NCBI RefSeq assembly: GCF_009914755.1
Contig: NC_060936.1
Length of the DNA: 64,000 bases
Direction: 5' to 3' (one strand)
Source: the human T2T-CHM13v2.0 reference genome, Homo sapiens
Made by a program: the position numbers and the translations under genes. The notes beneath the pieces are model-generated. The model was not told where the DNA came from. It was given only the letters and a program-made list of their open reading frames with translations, and did not search any database. This document shows positions 58,621 to 64,000 of this stretch, piece after piece (within the stretch, counting starts at the first letter, position 1; each line of letters starts with the position of its first letter).

Positions 58621-61570
58621 TTTCTCATTTTGCAAAATTCCTGCCCTGATTTTAATACTGCAACAGGACAGCAGAGGTTCCTCTTTAAAAAGTCAAAACC
58701 CAAACCAAAGGGGCCCATTGCTGTTGATAATTTTTTTCTTCACCTTCTCCTTCCGTTTTTAAGAAAGACACTTCCAAAACTACCCATTGTTTTCCTCTCA
58801 AAAGAGAACTCGCTTTAAAATGCATCCCTTTCTATTTCTCTCCGGATATGTCCCCACCTGACCCGGTGGCAACTTGTGGGGCGTGGGGGTAGTGAAAAAT
58901 AGAAGTGTGGACGGGGCTGGGAAAATGAATAAGAATTATAACAATAGAAATGATGACAAAACTAAACTTTGACCAATTCAATTTGCAAAAGAAAGGGTTG
59001 GTCTGAGGGTGAGACATTCCCTGGTTTCTGAAGGGGGTCACTTTCCCTCTCACCGAGTTAAATCTGGCTCTGTTATATTTTTTCCAGGAACACAGTATGT
59101 CTCTTCCCAATGTTTTATTCGGTTTCTGGTTTCCCCACTTTTGACCGGAAGTATGTGGGAAGAATACTGGCTGTTATTATTATGATTATTGAGTGTCCAA
59201 TACTCTCCTCCAATATTTCCACCAAGAATTATTATCGCTGCTCTCCTCATTCATGTTAGTGTTGCTTTGTGTGCTTTAGATGACAATCGTCCTCTTTACT
59301 CTCCAAGTTTGGAGGGTGAGGGTTTTTTGTTGTGGTGGTGGTGGTTGGGTTCTTCTTTGTTTTTGTTTTTTTGTTTTTCCTGTTCGGGGTAATGAAATGA
59401 GAACTGGAAGAGAGGATATCATTTCGAGGCCCAGCTGAGAAGGATCCCAATGCGAAAAATTTACACACTTCAAAGAGCAGAAAGGTGGAAGCGAGTGGTG
59501 CTTGGACACAAGGATGCCACTGTTCTTATCTCCTCCAATTTGGGAAGTGCCCAGCCTAGAAAGGTGAGGGTCCCATCTGGGAGACCATGGAGTACCCCCA
59601 GGGTCACACTGAGCCTAAGAACTTCAACCATCCTGCAGGTCAAAACCCACTGATAGGTCTCCCAAAATGTTTGGGGTAGGGGGAAGAAACATAGGGCATT
59701 CCAGGTCTGTAACCCTGCAAGAGAGAGACTCAAACTAATATGTCTAGGTCTGGGGTGAAGGTGGGGGGCCTGTCTGGATACCTCCTCCCTCAATTGAAGG
59801 GCTCGTTGGAAACATAGGAACCCACTGCTCTCTGGGACTCTGGAAAGACAAATTTTCTTTGGCAAACGGAACAGTGTCGCGCTGTCGACAGAGCAGACTA
59901 TTTTTCTTGTTCCCTCACAAGGTGGGGGTGGGGGGAAAGAAAAGGAAGCAAGAAAGAAAGGGAAATTAAATCCACACGTGTTAAGCTCGCTCAAAGGGCC
60001 AGAGTCAAAACCAGAGATGAAACTTCGACTCCAGTTCTGGCTGCCCGCGGGCCTCTTTCCAACCAGCCAGGCCTCACAGAGCAAGGCATCCCCACTGGAG
60101 AGAATTCGATCTGATGTTTCATAAAGCGCTTTATTTAAGGAGAAGGGGCATGGGTCTGTCTCCAAGTCTGTGCTGCAGAAATCCAGAATTTGTAGCGGCA
60201 AAGAAAACAAAGGAGATAACAATTGTAATCATAATGACCCTCTTTATGAAAACTCATCTTGATGTCCTCCAAATCAAAACAACAATTCAGGCAATATTCA
60301 AGCAATGGCCAAAATCATCCAGGCCATTAAATCATCCAGGCCATTGTTTTACAAAATTCCTAAGGTCTGATCAGGCTTTCGGACTTGGGCCTAGCTGGGT
60401 CAAGAGAACCTGAAATGCTGTTGTCAAGAGACTCTGAAATCACCAGTTTAATCAGGACAGCTAATCTCTACATCCTTGAGGCCTCTCTTTTGGGGAGAGA
60501 CTTTCTTGAGAGAGGACACTACAGGACTCAGCTACAGAGCTCTGCTATACATGGGTGGGAGTGGAGGCCGCCACCCCACCTGGAACTGTGAGTGAAAACT
60601 CTAGTAATGATCTTGAGGAGGTGAAGGGAGGTAGGTGGGGGTGTGGGTGATGAGGGAGGCCAAACCCCAATCTGGAAGGATCTGTCACTGAAACAATTGC
60701 TTGGTCGAGACCTCTAATTTTTCTTCCTCTCCAGCCAGTCTCCTGTGGCTCCCTGGTGCTGGGTTTCTGGCCTTTGGTGACATCCTAACAGAAGGGTCCG
60801 GAAGCAGGGACCCCAGACACCTTGCTCCCTCTCCCAAATCACACCCAAAACATACTGGGGTGAAACAACTGACAGAGGGTCTCTGTGGTGAGCAACTGAC
60901 TGAAGTTTCCAGTGGAAAAGTTCCTGACGATTGTTTCCGCAGGGACCTTGAATTTCCTGGTCACCATGGCGACCTGGAAGTCCCACCGAATGCTCTCAAC
61001 AATGGGGTACCCCGAGGACATTCGTGCAATTGGCTGCGCAGTCTGAGGCCTGAAAAGCGTTTCTGCCAATCGTTCTTGACTTTCTGGAGCCTCCTTAGTG
61101 GGTTCAACGGAGCAGGGATTTTTAAAACTGCCCCCTTTTTTAAACAGGGGAGAAAATTGAGATTTAGTACCAGGTGGGTTCAGGTCCTGAGCAAAAGCCC
61201 CATCTTTGAATTCAGAATGCTGACCCCAGGGCCGATCGTGTAGAGCCTATGGTGTATCTTAATCGAAACCCGTGGCCCAAACATCTCAGCCAGGAACCTG
61301 GGACTTTAGGTGTCACTTAATCTCTTCACACCTGTTAACTACACCTATCTGCATAGGAGGCTCCCCACATCAGTCCAGGCAACTTTTTTCTTTGCCTGGG
61401 GCCATTTCTTCTAAATGGAAGGAGAAAAGTCTGAGCATTAGAAATTGTGGCATTAATGTCTGCAAGGGCTAATGGAGTGAAAAGAATACATTATTCTCCT
61501 TTTCTTCTTAGAAAAAAATTTCAATTGTGGATGTAATAGAAATACCATTAAAATAATATTTCTGATTGCA
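56900..61570 (+). ncRNA. TBX5-AS1: Antisense lncRNA TBX5-AS1 region (limits approximate)
   Basis: Location recalled from knowledge of the locus. Sequence support: CpG-island start, + strand donor AGG|gtaagt (~57746), acceptor tttttccag|G (59087), ATTAAA at 61547-61552, and no convincing ORF. Confidence 0.55.
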
Positions 61571-62801
61571 TTGCTTTCTTCTTGAATGTTTATCAGAGGG
61601 GAGGGGGAAGTGGATCTTTTCATTTTGGGGTGGACAGTGGATAATACAGGCTGATTTTCTTGTGTCCGGTTCGGAGGCACTGCGCCTGCAGGGTTTGGCA
61701 GCGATGCAGGCAGCAAGGAGAGAAAGGGTGACAGAGAGAAGGCGTCCAGGCCTCAGGTGCCGACAGAGGTCTTTGGCGGTGGGACGGGAGCTACTCCTCC
61801 TCTGGGTCCTCTCTCAGCTTTGTTCCATTCTGCTGCCAACCCCATCTTTCTCCTGACTGCTCAGGAAAGACAAAATTTAACTTCTCTCCCCCTGTTTCCA
61901 ACAGGACATCTAATGTCCCTCAAAGCTGCTGGCTGGCTCTGTAGTGCCTCCACCCATTCCTTTCTCTTCTGAGAGCCCAGGCAGCCTACAGAGGCTCCCG
62001 CTTCTAACCCAACGCCTCCTGTTTCCTTCCCTCCCCAGCATTTTGCATTAATATTTTAGAAGAGTCCTACTTATGTCTACACAACCACCAAGAGAGCAAT
62101 GTGAGTATTTTAGGCTCACAAATCTGTTAGCATTTGAGGTGCAATAATAGCCAACATTTATGGCAGGCCAGGAAAGAGCCATTGTAACCTGGTTTTGCTC
62201 ACACATTTAGCTCTGAATCGCTCTATGAGAAGAGAGCTCAATTCTCCTCAACCTTACAGAAGAGGTTTCTGGCGCTCTGGCCACCGCCCCACTCTGGTGG
62301 GATTCGAACCTATCAGAAGGCAGGGTTCCTCTATCAAGGCAGGAAGGGGAACCGGGGAGAGGTCTGTTGGATTGGGGGAGTGCAAAGGGCACTTTTTCAG
62401 CGTCGAAAAGCACACTTAGTTGAAAACCGGGGGGGAATTGGTCCTTCTGTCACGGAGCGAAGGCTCACATCATTTCTGATGTCTCAGTCTTTTCTCCCCA
62501 TTCCCACTGAGGCCCCAGAAGAGAGCCTGGGGGCAAACAGCCCAGATTCACTGGCATTAAGCAAGATGGGAGGGAGGACGGAAAGATGCTGATGTTCTCC
62601 TTTCCAAACCTCACTGTTCTATTCCCAAATCCTGGCCCACATTCATCATAGCCTCAAGGCCAGTACACACTGTCCCCTGGCTTTGAGGGAGGAAGATGGG
62701 TGGGTGGGATGGAGCCGGGCAGAGATGTGCCCGGCTCCATTTTTTTTTTTTTTTTTGAAACAAATAATTAGGCTGTGAGAGGGTGAGGACTTGCCCGAAG
62801 T

Positions 62802-62868
62802 CACACAGCCCCTGCTGGAAATGCACACAGCCCCTGCTGGAAATGCGCACAGCCCCTGCTGGAAATGC
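62802..62868. repeat. 3 x 22-bp tandem repeat CACACAGCCCCTGCTGGAAATG
   Basis: Units start at 62802, 62824 and 62846; one mismatch in unit 3. Confidence 0.95.
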
Positions 62869-62879
62869 TCCTTCCCTTT

Positions 62880-63310
62880 CCCTACTCTCCCGCGCCTTCA
62901 GGTAGAGCGTTTAAGGGATTCCCAGCAGTTCCCGAGTACACGTGGAGGCTGCTCCCCGGCGTGCTGGAGCGGCTGCGGGCTCAGTCTGCGGAGGGCGCCC
63001 CGGTGAAGTGTGGAGTTCGCAGTCGGACGCGGCCGCCCGGCCTCTCGGTTCCGGGCCTTCCCCTCCCAGGCACTGCGTTCTGCGGCCGGGACAGCACCCG
63101 CCAGGCGCGGCCCTTCTCCTATCTTTGCTCTGTGGCTCTCCCTGGGGCCGGAGGAGTCCTGCCGCCTCAAGGCCCCAGACTCCGCACCCGGAGGGACTTG
63201 CCGCTAGCGCCGCTCCTTCAGCCTCCCCAGGCGCTCCCTTCGCTTCCCGGTGTTTCAGGCTCTTCCCACCGCCTGTTTGCTCTGGGCGCAGCGCTGGCTG
63301 CCACACTTGC
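62880..63310. promoter_or_regulatory. Upstream CpG island
   Basis: GC- and CpG-dense block. Confidence 0.75.
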
Positions 63311-64000
63311 AAGTTAGGAAGAAAATGACTTCTTTAGAAAGTGGGGGACTCTGAGATCCAAACCCCTCGAGCAGCGCCTCAAAGGGAGGTGCAAGGGATC
63401 CCCACTCTCTCACTTCCCTCCCTTCGGTTCCCTCCACCCTCCTCCACCTGTGTCCTCCCTGCTTCGGAGTCATTCTTTTAGTGCCTGAGTCTTTCCACCT
63501 CCACGTAGAATACATTCCCTCCGAGGCACCCTCAGGTGATCCTGCCTCATCTCCAGGATCCTCGGCTACCCCCCAGCCCAGGCCACCCCCATGCTAGCAG
63601 ACATCAGGCTCAACGTTTGGGGTTCCTCCCAGATTTCTCAGCCTGCTCTGCTCACTAGCAACGGCTCCCACAGGAGCCCCGCATCCTGGTTCCTGGTCCC
63701 CGTGGGTGAGTCTTGATGAGCGCCCAGGACCCAGGAGGCTAAGTCTTAAAGACAAGGGCCAGTCCTATAGCATTCTTGCCCATGCTCCCGAACTCCATCT
63801 TCTAACAAAACCAGAGGGTCCAGGCTGCCCAGCTGGAGAGGTCTGTCTTCTGTGTGGCTGAATATGGCATTGTCCTGGAGTCTTTCTATAGGACTGAGTC
63901 ATTTGAGGGGGAGCTTTACGTATCTCTGTGCTGTTGTGTTAGTTGTGTGTGTCTGTGTCATTACATGTGCTTCCTTGAGAGGGGGCATTTCGAAAATAGT

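Noticed and set aside
59470-60222. 250-aa minus-strand ORF
   Set aside because: Non-ATG start, no recognisable motif and no splice support; likely chance. PhyloCSF would settle it.
62240-62370. Possible tRNA gene
   Set aside because: Only the B-box and 3' segment are present; no D-arm, anticodon arm or pairing 5' acceptor strand.
62802-62868. CRISPR-like repeat array
   Set aside because: Units are contiguous with no spacers, and the DNA is human.

Overview
Human genomic DNA containing the complete TBX5 gene (T-box transcription factor 5; Holt-Oram syndrome) on the minus strand. I reconstructed the CDS by hand from eight GT-AG coding exons (52490-52636, 50565-50659, 48252-48371, 47312-47459, 43480-43632, 34231-34322, 14901-15127, 4264-4838). 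They total 1557 nt, giving 518 aa (MADADEGFG...PEWSDNS). There are two alternative non-coding first exons (~54366-54880 and ~56552-57180), a ~1.6-kb 3'UTR, and a divergent antisense lncRNA region (TBX5-AS1, ~56.9-61.6 kb, + strand). The window from 1 to 43 kb is rich in Alu, L1, MIR and LTR remnants, including a consensus-like AluYa5. The region from 43 to 64 kb has no Alus and carries several CpG islands. Nearly all long entries in the ORF track are repeat or GC-content artefacts, and I find no new gene or prokaryote-type system. The best hypotheses are regulatory: (i) a four-uATG cascade in the proximal first exon, including an ORF that overlaps the TBX5 start and could be spliced out by alternative donors; (ii) a dense TBX/NKX/GATA cluster at ~61.3 kb; (iii) a GATA/NKX cluster in the last intron; and (iv) an orphan Pol III B-box at ~62.3 kb. 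First-exon and lncRNA limits and repeat subfamily names are approximate and rest partly on recall of the locus.
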